From Deltaproteobacteria bacterium (GTDB lineage: Bacteria; Desulfobacterota; Desulfobaccia; Desulfobaccales; 0-14-0-80-60-11): a stretch of DNA of 64,000 nucleotides. How positions within the stretch are numbered: the first letter of the stretch is position 1; every line of letters starts with the position of its first letter. The notes beneath the pieces are model-generated. The model did no database searches, was not told the DNA's origin, and saw only the letters and a list, made by a program, of their open reading frames with translations. Positions 36,892 to 45,550 of this stretch are shown piece by piece. The position numbers and the translations under genes were made by a program. The DNA lies in the NCBI GenBank assembly GCA_003599195.1, contig QZIZ01000113.1:6705-70704 (forward strand), in the 5' to 3' direction.

Positions 36892-37818
36892 ATGAAAGAA
36901 AAGAAGTTCTTAGGCAAAATCAGACAGGACCCCGGGGAGTCCCTGGCCAAAGGCCCTAAAGAGGTGATGGCCTCCTTGTGGCAGGAATACCTCCAGGAAA
37001 TACTGAACGCCTCCCAAAAGAGCCGGCGTTACCAGAAGGTGCGGCGGCAGATTGAGGAGAAGGCTGATTTCCCGGAAATTTACCGGGATTGGAACACCAT
37101 GGATGTGGAGGCCCGGGCCGCGGCCTGGAAGCGCCTGATCGGTGCGGCCAAGGACGTGTTATGGGCCGGGTGGGAAACCTGCGTGCGCTGCGGCGAATGT
37201 TGCGAAATCTCCAGCCCCACCTTGCTGGCCCCGGATCTGGCCCTGTTCCAGAAAGAAATTCTCACCTGGAACGAAGTCTATACCTTGAGGCCGGGAGAAC
37301 GGGTCACCTCCCGGGAGGGGAAACCCGAAACCCTCCGGGAAGAGCGGCTGAAGATCAGGGAGGTTCCCGGCAGCCGGCAGTGCTGGTTTTACCTGGCCGC
37401 CACCAACTCCTGCCGCATCTACGACGAGAGGCCCGAGCAGTGCCGGCGCCAGGAGTGCTGGGGGGACGAGGACCGGGTTTTGGAGACCTCGGAACTTCTC
37501 AGCCGGGACGCGGTATTGGCCGGAGCCCCGGAAATCCGGGACCTGATTGCCGCACACCGGGAGCGCTGCGGGCTCGGCCGCCTGGCCGAGGCCCTGAAAG
37601 GGCTGGAAGCGGAACCGGATAAGGCCGGGGAAGCCCTGTTCGACGCCCTGCACTTCGACCATTACTTGAGGCAAATGCTCCAGGATGAATGGGAACTGAG
37701 CGAAGCGGCCACGGAGTTTCTGTTGGGCCGGCCCCTGACCCGGTTTCTGAAAGATCACGGGATTAACGCGGCCCTGACGCCGGAGGGCACGTTCAGCCTC
37801 ACGCCCCGGTGCGATTAA
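36892..37818 (+). CDS. YkgJ-family (UPF0153) cysteine-cluster protein
   Basis: Contains CVRCGECCE ... CWFY...NSCRIYDERPEQCR, the characteristic CxxCxxCC plus downstream Cys pattern. Confidence 0.75.
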   Translation: MKEKKFLGKIRQDPGESLAKGPKEVMASLWQEYLQEILNASQKSRRYQKVRRQIEEKADFPEIYRDWNTMDVEARAAAWKRLIGAAKDVLWAGWETCVRCGECCEISSPTLLAPDLALFQKEILTWNEVYTLRPGERVTSREGKPETLREERLKIREVPGSRQCWFYLAATNSCRIYDERPEQCRRQECWGDEDRVLETSELLSRDAVLAGAPEIRDLIAAHRERCGLGRLAEALKGLEAEPDKAGEALFDALHFDHYLRQMLQDEWELSEAATEFLLGRPLTRFLKDHGINAALTPEGTFSLTPRCD

Positions 37819-37821
37819 GCT

Positions 37822-38036
37822 CCAAATAGAGACTTCTGCGAAAGGCTCCCCACTTGTCATTCCGAGGGAGCGGAGCGACCGAGGAATCTCGCTTTTGGCG
37901 GCAAGGCTTTTCCCGGCGGTACCGATGATTACAAGCAAATTGAACATCATGATCGCCAAAAAACCAGATCCTTCACTCCGCTTCGCTCCGTTCAGGATGA
38001 CAAAAAAGGGACTTTCGCAGAGGTCTCAAATAGAAG
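37822..38036. repeat. MITE-like ~215-bp palindromic element
   Basis: Left arm is aaatagagacttctgcgaaagg...gtcattccgagggagcggagcgaccgaggaatc. Reverse complement of the right arm is tatttgagacctctgcgaaagtc...gtcatcctgaacggagcgaagcggagtgaaggatc. Confidence 0.8.
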
Positions 38037-38214
38037 TTGGGCCGCACGTTATCTACGGCTAATTATGTTTATATATTAATATATTCCGCAATTGCCGGTT
38101 GATTAATTTGTTTGACTTTCCATACTAATAATGGTAAGGGGGATTATCTGTTCCACCCTCGTCAGCAAGGGACAGGGACAATGACCGGCCAGCTGAACGA
38201 AGAAGATCAGCAAT

Positions 38215-38258
38215 AAACGCCCTTCAGGGAAAGAAACCTGAAGGGCGTTTGTGTTTTT
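38215..38258 (+). terminator. Rho-independent terminator
   Basis: Stem aaacgcccttcagg / cctgaagggcgttt (14 bp), loop gaaagaaa, then gtgttttt. Confidence 0.75.
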
Positions 38259-38357
38259 GCCCCCCCGGTGTTCTTGATGACCCAAGACCCGGAGTTTCCC
38301 TGATATTTCCCACCATCCCGAGTATCATCCGATGCGCTTTAGGAAAGGAGGCCCGCC

Positions 38358-39419
38358 ATGTTCGGTTTATCCCTTGATTCATCCATCATCGACTTCTGTA
38401 TCGGCATGTCTTTTTTTTACCTCATCCTGACGTTAGTCTGCACCATGGTCAACGAATACATCATTTCCCGGTGGCGGAACCTGCGCCAAAAAACCCTTCT
38501 CGAAGGCATTTCCGGGTTATTTTATGATGTCCCTACCGTCACCGCGCTTTACAGCCATCCACTGGTCAGAGGACTGTGCCGCGATGAGAGAAGGCCGATC
38601 GAGATAACTCGAATAACCCCGGGGCCGGGAAATAACACCTTGGCGGAATGCCGGGAGCCCTTCGAAGGTCTCTTCAAAACCATGCCGTCCTATATCCCTT
38701 CCAGGACGTTTGCCACTGCGCTGCTTGATATTGTCTCTCCCGAATCAAAAGAATTCTCCGAATTAAAAACCGCGGTGGATAAAATTGAAAATCCCAGGAT
38801 CAAAGGAGCATTGCTCCCCCTGATAAATGCGGCCCAGGGCGACCTAGAAAAGGCCCGGCAAAACATCGAACAGTGGTTCGACGACGCCATGGACCGGGTC
38901 TCCGGCTGGTTTAAAAGCCAAGCCCGATGGTGGCTCCTGCTGGTGGCCTTCCTCGTCTGTCTGGCGTTGAATGCCGACACCATTATGGTGGGCAAGATGA
39001 TTTGGCAGGATAAAGATTTGCGGGCCACAGTGGCCACCGGGGCCGCGGAATATATCAAACAGGTTCCCAAAACCGATAAGCAGGCTGATGAACAGATCGA
39101 TAAAGCGATCAAGAGACAACTGGATAAATTAAATTTACCCCTCGGCTGGGTGTGGCCGGAAAAACCTGCGGCCACCGCAACCCCCGCAGTTTCAGCAGTG
39201 ATCCCCGACCCCCGGACTATACCCACGGATGGCTGGCCCCTATTTTTTAAAATTCTGGGCTTATTGTTAACCACTTGGGCCATTTCCTTGGGAGCCCCCT
39301 TCTGGACCGACCTGCTTAATAAATTCGTCAATCTGCGCCGCAATGGCAATGTGCCCCTCAAGACCGGGGAAGAAAAAAGGGAGCAGGTGAAAATAACCAT
39401 TGGTGAGAAAACCTCCTGA
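38358..39419 (+). CDS. Hypothetical membrane protein (353 aa)
   Basis: N-terminal TM (IIDFCIGMSFFYLILTLVCTMV), a soluble middle region and two further TM segments. A hand-counted line gives about 50% GC. No family recognised. Confidence 0.7.
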   Translation: MFGLSLDSSIIDFCIGMSFFYLILTLVCTMVNEYIISRWRNLRQKTLLEGISGLFYDVPTVTALYSHPLVRGLCRDERRPIEITRITPGPGNNTLAECREPFEGLFKTMPSYIPSRTFATALLDIVSPESKEFSELKTAVDKIENPRIKGALLPLINAAQGDLEKARQNIEQWFDDAMDRVSGWFKSQARWWLLLVAFLVCLALNADTIMVGKMIWQDKDLRATVATGAAEYIKQVPKTDKQADEQIDKAIKRQLDKLNLPLGWVWPEKPAATATPAVSAVIPDPRTIPTDGWPLFFKILGLLLTTWAISLGAPFWTDLLNKFVNLRRNGNVPLKTGEEKREQVKITIGEKTS

Positions 39420-39436
39420 GATTTCACATTATTCTC

Positions 39437-39813
39437 CCGGCCCCTCACCGCCAGGCTAATCATTACCCACAAATTGAAAGGGCAAGCAAATTGAGTGGGT
39501 GAGAGCGGATATTCAGTATTTGCAGGCATCCCCCCCTCACCCTGCCCTCTCCCCCCTCCGGGGGGAGAGGGAAATGCCTGCCATATCTATAAGATACAAC
39601 CGAATGGTTAATGGTCGGCCGCATGAGGAGAGGGCAATGATTGGCATACCCATAATATAATAACTTAAGGATATGCCAGTATTAATCCCCTCTCCCCTCG
39701 GGGGAGGGCTAGGGTGAGGGGGGCGTATTAACACAGAATCGCTTAATATTAACGTAGCCCATTTTGCCTCACCCGACTTGTGGGTAATGAAAAGCCGCCA
39801 GGGGAGGGGCCGG
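39437..39813. repeat. MITE-like ~375-bp nested inverted-repeat element
   Basis: The outer arm ccggcccctcaccgccaggctaatcattacccacaaattg pairs with the reverse complement of cgacttgtgggtaatgaaaagccgccaggggaggggccgg. The inner arms are ccctcaccctgccctctcccccctccgggggg and cccctctcccctcgggggagggctagggtgaggg. Confidence 0.8.
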
Positions 39814-39907
39814 TTGGATTTAAGGTTAATTAATAATTCTCCCTCCCATCCCCCGCGGCGCCGGATTTTTCGTATAATTCCGGAAGTACGTTAACCAGGA
39901 GGCAATC

Positions 39908-40477
39908 ATGATCGCAGACTTGATCCGGGGCAACCGCAGTTACCGGCGGTTTTATGAAAACGAGCCAGTCTCCCTGGACACCCTGAGAGGGCTGGTGAAC
40001 CTGGCCCGGCTGTCCGCGTCCGGGGCCAATCTTCAGCCCTTGAAATATATCCTCAGCAATGAACCCGCCAAAAACACGGCCGTCTTCTCCTGCCTGGCCT
40101 GGGCCGCATACCTGAAAGATTGGCCGGGGCCGGCAGAGGGGGAGCGGCCCGCGGCCTATATCGTTATCTTGGGGGATAAGGAGATCGCCCAGAACTTCGG
40201 CTGCGACCATGGCATCGCCGCGCAGAGCATCCTCCTGGGGGCCCGGGAAAAAGGGTTGGGCGGCTGCATGATCGGGAGCATCCAGCGGGACCGCCTGCGG
40301 GATCTTCTGAAGATTTCGGAGAAATATGAGATTCTGCTGGCCATTGCCCTGGGCAAACCCAAGGAACAGGTGGTCCTGGAGGAAGCGTCTCCCGGCGGGT
40401 CCATTAAATATTGGCGGGACGCCGCAGAGGTCCACCATGTGCCGAAAAGAAGGCTGGAGGATATTATTCTCTCCTGA
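39908..40477 (+). CDS. Nitroreductase family protein
   Basis: 189 aa. Contains RSYRRF...LARLSASGANLQPL and IAAQSILLGAREKGLGGCMIG, typical of FMN nitroreductases. Confidence 0.85.
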   Translation: MIADLIRGNRSYRRFYENEPVSLDTLRGLVNLARLSASGANLQPLKYILSNEPAKNTAVFSCLAWAAYLKDWPGPAEGERPAAYIVILGDKEIAQNFGCDHGIAAQSILLGAREKGLGGCMIGSIQRDRLRDLLKISEKYEILLAIALGKPKEQVVLEEASPGGSIKYWRDAAEVHHVPKRRLEDIILS

Positions 40478-40486
40478 AAAAAATAA

Positions 40487-40732
40487 CCTCACGCAAAGAC
40501 GCAAAGGCGCAAATCAAGACGCAAGCATGTAGGTTCATGAAAAGTTCGTAGCGGGCGTCCCGCCCTCACTGATAATCCGTACAGGCTTGAAAGCCTGTAC
40601 TACCGCTTAGAGCTTTTCAGGGCAAGCTTGGACGGGAAATTGGCATTCCCAAGCGGAGCTTGTGAACGAGGGAGTAAGTCCCAAGCGGTCCCTTGACTTT
40701 TACTGGCCACTGGACACTGACCACTGACCACT
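40487..40732. repeat. Composite repeat: CGCAAAG array, GC hairpins, copy of the 12809-12862 element, ACTGRCC heptamer array
   Basis: In order: cctcacgcaaagacgcaaaggcgcaaatcaagacgcaag; gtagcgggcgtcccgccc; gtacaggcttgaaagcctgtac; caagcttggacgggaaattggcattcccaagcggagcttgtgaacg; tactggccactggacactgaccactgaccact. Confidence 0.9.
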
Positions 40733-41000
40733 TTTTGAAGCAGAGACACAGAGGCCGGCAAAAAATTCTGCATCTATCAAGTGGTTAAAATAAAGTCATA
40801 TTTTTCCAATCGATGCTGCCTGCCAGGAGTTTCGGAATAATTCCCGCTTGCACATAATTTGGTAAAGATTGTAATTTATAGTAAAATTATAGGTTAAGGA
40901 CCTCTCCCAATTCCGTTGGCTGCGGGCGCCCCTTGCCGGCGTTTGAGCCGTTCCGCCCGGAGCAGACGAAACAGTAAAGGATTATTTCAGGAAGGGCGAC

Positions 41001-43304
41001 ATGGGTAATGATAAGAAATCCTATAACCTGGCTATTGTGGGAGGGGGGCGGCACGGCATGGCCATCCTCGAGGCTCTGGTGCCCACCCGAAAAATTGGAG
41101 TACTCCGGGAGCAGCCATTAAAGGTGGTGGGAGTAGCCGACCTGGACCCGAATGCTCCCGGCATCAATTACGCCAATCGCTTCAACCTCTTTGTGACCAC
41201 CAATTTCACCGACTTTTTCAGCCTTCCCGACCTGGACATCATCGTCAATGCCACCGGCCACTCCGAAGTATCCCAGCAGTTGCGGAAGGAGGCTCCCAGG
41301 AATTTAATGGTTCTCAACGTGGATCGGCCCTTCTTTTCCTGGGAGGACTTCTGGGACCTGATTCCTGTGGAACTATCATCCATTCAAGAGACGGCTCCCT
41401 TGAAACTGGCCATTGCCGGGGGTGGGAAGGGAGGTTATGAAGTGCTGCAGCATCTGGCCGGAAATCCGGGTCTCCGGAAGCGCATAGAAATCCTTGGGGT
41501 GGCCGACCCCAATCCCCTGGCTCAGGGGATGATCCTGGCGAGAAGTATGGGTATTCCAACGTTTGACGATTACGCTCCTCTATTGGCAGAAGACCCCGAC
41601 CTGGTCCTGGAGCTTACCGGTGAAAGCGAGGTACGGGAAGGAATTATCCGCAACAAGCAACCCCACACGCAGATTATCGACCACATCAAGGCCCGTCTCT
41701 TCTGGGAACTGTTGCGCCGGGAGGAAGACCGCCTGCGCAGCAAGGTGGAAAGCGAAATCAAGCTGGCGAGGCAACGCAGCCGTTTTCATAGAATTTTTGA
41801 CCACCTGCCCGATCCGGTGCTGGTTCTGCTTTCCAACTATCTGGTGGATGAAGTGAACCTCACCTTTTTGAACCGCTTTCAAAAAAAGGAAGCGGAAGTG
41901 GTGGGAAAACCCTGTTATGAAGTTTTTCATGGGTTCGATGAGCCTTGCGATGCCAAAGGCCTCGCCTGTCCCCTGCCCCGGGTCCTGGAGAGCTGCCAGA
42001 CCGTCCAGGTATTACATTGTTCGAGTTTTGAAGGGACGGGCCGTTGCGACGAAATTACCATGTCCCCTCTGTTCCCGAGAGAGGCCGCCCAAAAAAGGGT
42101 GGTGGAGGTCATCAAGGACATCACCAGCCGCAAGCAGTTGGAGGCGGCCTTGGATATCTCCCAGGCCGAAACCCGGCAACTGCTGAAAAAGGCCATACAA
42201 GATAAGGCCTTCCTGGAGACCATCATCGACGGGATCGAAGATCACATGATGGTAATCGATCTTAATTACCGCATCGTCGAGGTCAACCGGGCCTTGTTGG
42301 AGATGGTGGGTCTGGAGCGGGAGGAAGTGGTGGGCAAACACTGTTACGAAGTGTCGCACCATCTGAGAGAACCCTGCAATTCCCCCGACCATCCCTGTCC
42401 TTTAAAAGACACGGTGGCCACAGGCAAGGCCGCGTCCGCGATCCACGTCCACTTCAATAAAGACGGCCGGGAAAGCTACGTGCACGTGGTCCACCATCCA
42501 CTGTTCGACGAAGAGGGTCGGATCGTGCAGGTAGTGGACCTGTCCCGGGACATCACCCAGGATATCACCCGCAACCGGATGATGCACGAAGACAAGATGG
42601 CTTCCCTGGTGAAGTTATCCGCCAGCGTGATGCACGAGATCAATAATCCCTTGACCGGCATCCTCAATTTCGTCAAGCTGATCCAACGCATGCTCAAAAA
42701 GGGGGACCCCGACGAACAGGCGTTGGCCAAGATGAAAAATTATCTGGATCTCATTTTTAATGAAACTTCCCGGGTGAGTAAAACGGTTTCCGGCCTGCTG
42801 CCCTTTTCCCGCAAGTCCAAACCGGAATTCAAACCTGTCAATCTCAACGTCCTGCTGGCGGAGACCCTGGCGCTTACCGGCTATCAGATGCGGTTGCAGG
42901 GAATCACGGTGGAGACGAACTTTACCGCCAATCTTCTGCAGGTGATGGCGGATGAAGGGCAAATGAAGCAAGTCTTTTTGAACCTCCTGCTGAATGCCCA
43001 GGAAGCCATGCCCAAGGGAGGCGCTTTAAAGGTGGCCACCAGAAATTCCGGACCCAAAGAGATCATCATCACCGTCGCCGACGATGGCGTGGGCATCCCC
43101 GAGGAAAATATTCCCCAGATCTTCGAATCCTTTTTCACCACCAAAAAAAGCGGCTCCGGGGTGGGACTGGGCCTTTCCGTGGTTCAGGGCATCATCCGGG
43201 ATCATCACGGCACCATAGAGGTGGAGAGCACGGTGGGCCGGGGGTCCAAGTTTACCATCCATCTGCCCGCTGCTAAACCGGGGGAAAAGAATGTTGCCTC
43301 ATAA
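41001..43304 (+). CDS. Cytoplasmic sensor histidine kinase: two Rossmann-like modules, two PAS, HisKA, HATPase
   Basis: N-terminal modules are LAIVGGGRHGMAILEAL...VVGVADLDP and LAIAGGGKGGYEVLQHL...ILGVADPNP. PAS segments carry CYEVFHGFDEPC and CYEVSHHLREPC. H-box SVMHEINNPLTGI, N-box LLLNAQEAM, G-boxes DDGVGI and GSGVGLGLSVV. Confidence 0.88.
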   Translation: MGNDKKSYNLAIVGGGRHGMAILEALVPTRKIGVLREQPLKVVGVADLDPNAPGINYANRFNLFVTTNFTDFFSLPDLDIIVNATGHSEVSQQLRKEAPRNLMVLNVDRPFFSWEDFWDLIPVELSSIQETAPLKLAIAGGGKGGYEVLQHLAGNPGLRKRIEILGVADPNPLAQGMILARSMGIPTFDDYAPLLAEDPDLVLELTGESEVREGIIRNKQPHTQIIDHIKARLFWELLRREEDRLRSKVESEIKLARQRSRFHRIFDHLPDPVLVLLSNYLVDEVNLTFLNRFQKKEAEVVGKPCYEVFHGFDEPCDAKGLACPLPRVLESCQTVQVLHCSSFEGTGRCDEITMSPLFPREAAQKRVVEVIKDITSRKQLEAALDISQAETRQLLKKAIQDKAFLETIIDGIEDHMMVIDLNYRIVEVNRALLEMVGLEREEVVGKHCYEVSHHLREPCNSPDHPCPLKDTVATGKAASAIHVHFNKDGRESYVHVVHHPLFDEEGRIVQVVDLSRDITQDITRNRMMHEDKMASLVKLSASVMHEINNPLTGILNFVKLIQRMLKKGDPDEQALAKMKNYLDLIFNETSRVSKTVSGLLPFSRKSKPEFKPVNLNVLLAETLALTGYQMRLQGITVETNFTANLLQVMADEGQMKQVFLNLLLNAQEAMPKGGALKVATRNSGPKEIIITVADDGVGIPEENIPQIFESFFTTKKSGSGVGLGLSVVQGIIRDHHGTIEVESTVGRGSKFTIHLPAAKPGEKNVAS

Positions 43305-44640
43305 AAAGATCAATATCCTGATCGTGGATGACGAGTTGAGCATCCGGGAATCGTTGAGCGGCTGGCTGCAGCAGGACGGCTATGAGGTGGAGATGGCGGA
43401 GGACGGCCCCACGGCCTTGGCCCGGATCCAGGAAAAGCATTATGACATCATGCTCCTCGATGTCAAAATGCCCAAGATGGACGGGATCACCGTGCTCAAA
43501 GAGCTGAAGGAGAAAAATCCCGAAACCGCGGTGGTGATGATGACGGCCCACGGGGCCATCCAGGACGCGGTGGAAGCCATGAAGCTGGGCGCTTACGATT
43601 ATCTCCTCAAGCCTTTTGACCTCGAGGAACTCAGCCTCACCATTGAAAAACTGGTGCAGATGCAGACCCTGGCCATGGAAAACCTGATTCTCAAGGAACG
43701 GGTGGCCACCATCACCCGCTCCGATAACCTGGTGGGCCAGTCGCCGCCGATACTCAAGCTGTTCGAAACCATCGCCGACGTGGCCCAAAGCGACGCCACC
43801 ATCCTGATCACCGGGGAGACCGGCACCGGCAAGGAACTGGTGGCCAGGGCCATTCACGCCAACAGCCCCCGCTGCTACAGCCCTTTTATCGCCATTAACT
43901 GCGGGGCCTTCACCGAACATCTCCTGGAGAGCGAAATCTTCGGCCATGAAAAAGGCGCGTTCACCGACGCCAAGTATACCAAAAAAGGCCGGCTGGAAAT
44001 GGCCAATGCCGGAACCCTGTTCCTCGATGAGGTGGGAGACATCTCCATGAAGATGCAGATCGATCTCCTGCGGGTCCTGGAAACCCACGAATTCACCAGA
44101 GTGGGAGGGACGATGCCGCTGCACAGCGACTTTAGGGTCATCGCGGCCACGCATCAGGACCTGAAGGAGAGCATCCGCAACCGGACCTTTCGCCAGGACC
44201 TCTTCTACCGGCTCAACGTCATCCACCTGGAAGTTCCCCCTTTAAGGGAGCGTCCGGAAGATATCCCCCTGCTGGCCCAACATTTCCTGCGCCGCTATGC
44301 CACGGAAACCGGCAAAAAGGTCGATTCCATCAGTCCGGGAGCCCTGGAATTAATGCGGCGATATGCCTGGCCGGGAAACGTGCGGGAGTTGGAAAACGCC
44401 ATCGAACGGGCGGTGGTGGTGGGAAAAGGCCGGCAGATCAAACCGGGTGACCTGCCTTTTTGTTATTCCGGGACCGGAACGGAGGAAATGGGAAATCTGT
44501 CTCTGGAGGAGGTGGAGCGCCGCCATATCGCCCAGGTGCTGGCCGCCGAAAGCGGCCACATCTCCAACGCCGCCAAAGTCCTCCGGATCAACCGCACCAC
44601 TCTCTATTACAAGATCAAAAAATACGGTCTGGCGTCTTGA
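43291..44640 (+). CDS. Sigma-54-dependent response regulator (NtrC family)
   Basis: Receiver ILIVDDE...IMLLDVKMPKMDG. AAA+ domain with Walker A GETGTGKE, the GAFTDA loop and ESEIFGHEKGAFT. C-terminal HTH AAKVLRINRTTLYYKIKKY. Has a 14-nt overlap with the kinase gene. Confidence 0.95.
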   Translation: MLPHKKINILIVDDELSIRESLSGWLQQDGYEVEMAEDGPTALARIQEKHYDIMLLDVKMPKMDGITVLKELKEKNPETAVVMMTAHGAIQDAVEAMKLGAYDYLLKPFDLEELSLTIEKLVQMQTLAMENLILKERVATITRSDNLVGQSPPILKLFETIADVAQSDATILITGETGTGKELVARAIHANSPRCYSPFIAINCGAFTEHLLESEIFGHEKGAFTDAKYTKKGRLEMANAGTLFLDEVGDISMKMQIDLLRVLETHEFTRVGGTMPLHSDFRVIAATHQDLKESIRNRTFRQDLFYRLNVIHLEVPPLRERPEDIPLLAQHFLRRYATETGKKVDSISPGALELMRRYAWPGNVRELENAIERAVVVGKGRQIKPGDLPFCYSGTGTEEMGNLSLEEVERRHIAQVLAAESGHISNAAKVLRINRTTLYYKIKKYGLAS

Positions 44641-44687
44641 AGACGGATCGCCCCGCGGCTTCCCGCCCCCCAGCGCCTTAGAAGCAG

Positions 44688-45245
44688 ATGCCCCATTACC
44701 AGGTTTTAGCCTTGGTTTCCTTGGACGCGGTGGATCCGGAAATTCTCCGCCATTTGAGCACGGCCATCGCTAAAGCTTTTACCCTGCCGGTGCAGATCCT
44801 GCCCCCCAAGCCCCTACCCTCCCATACTTTCCACGTGACGCGTAACCAGCATTATTCCACCCAACTCCTGGAATACCTGTTGGCTTGCGAAGACCATGAC
44901 GGGCTCTTTCGGGTTCTGGCGATAACCGCGGTGGACCTGTATATCCCCATTTTCACCTTTGTGTTTGGCGAGGCGCAACTGGACGGCAAGGCCGCGATCA
45001 TTTCCACCTTCCGCCCCCAGGGGGAAGCCAGCGGAGTCAGGGCGCCGCACTCCATTTTGATGAATCGCCTCCTCAAGTTAAGCCTTCACGAACTGGGCCA
45101 TACCTTCAGCCTGCCCCACTGCCGGCAACCCGGCTGCCTGATGGGTTTTGCCGCCAACCTGGAGCAATTGGATAAAAAGAATTTGGAGTTTTGCGACTAT
45201 TGCCGCATCCTGTTGGCCGATTACTTCAACAGGAACGGCTTGTAA
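44688..45245 (+). CDS. Archaemetzincin-like zinc metalloprotease (peptidase M54)
   Basis: HELGHTFSLPHCRQPGCLM followed by CDYC. This matches the archaemetzincin HExxHxxGxxHC...C plus CxxC pattern. Confidence 0.85.
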   Translation: MPHYQVLALVSLDAVDPEILRHLSTAIAKAFTLPVQILPPKPLPSHTFHVTRNQHYSTQLLEYLLACEDHDGLFRVLAITAVDLYIPIFTFVFGEAQLDGKAAIISTFRPQGEASGVRAPHSILMNRLLKLSLHELGHTFSLPHCRQPGCLMGFAANLEQLDKKNLEFCDYCRILLADYFNRNGL

Positions 45246-45284
45246 GAACCTCCATTCCGTCTTTTAATTTTCCCACCGCGATTT

Positions 45285-45400
45285 TGTTTAATAATTCAAC
45301 AAAACCCAGGAGGTGTTTGTTTAATTATTAAACATAATATTAGCCTGCAATTTCAACATGTTAAATACTTCACAATCACTCATGTTGAAATATTCAACAT
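45285..45400 (+). promoter_or_regulatory. Candidate enhancer (UAS): three dyads of type TGTT(G/T)AA-N3-TT(C/A)AACA
   Basis: TGTTTAATAATTCAACA at 45285-45301. TGTTTAATTATTAAACA at 45319-45335. ATGTTGAAATATTCAACAT at 45382-45400, with perfect arms. They lie 65-180 bp upstream of the -24/-12 element. Confidence 0.55.
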
Positions 45401-45465
45401 TACTTGGTTTTGGCAATGGCGGTTATTATCCTTATTATCATAATATTTTCATATAGATAACCAAT

Positions 45466-45481
45466 TGGCCCAGTCCTTGCT
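45466..45481 (+). promoter_or_regulatory. Sigma-54 (-24/-12) promoter
   Basis: TGGCCCAGTCCTTGCT fits the consensus TGGCAC-N5-TTGCW, with GG (45467-8) and GC (45479-80) 12 nt apart. It lies 70 nt upstream of the ATG at 45551 and just downstream of an NtrC-type activator gene. Confidence 0.7.
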
Positions 45482-45550
45482 TAAAAAATGGGGAAACCCG
45501 GGAAGATGCCCTAATCCTGAACGGAAATTCCGTGACGGAGATGAAGGCGC

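Noticed and set aside
38103-39734. Track ORFs 38103..38285 (60 aa) and 39537..39734 (65 aa) as genes
   Set aside because: The first is antisense to the promoter-terminator unit. The second reads through the inverted arms of the MITE-like element (PPPRGEG-type low complexity).
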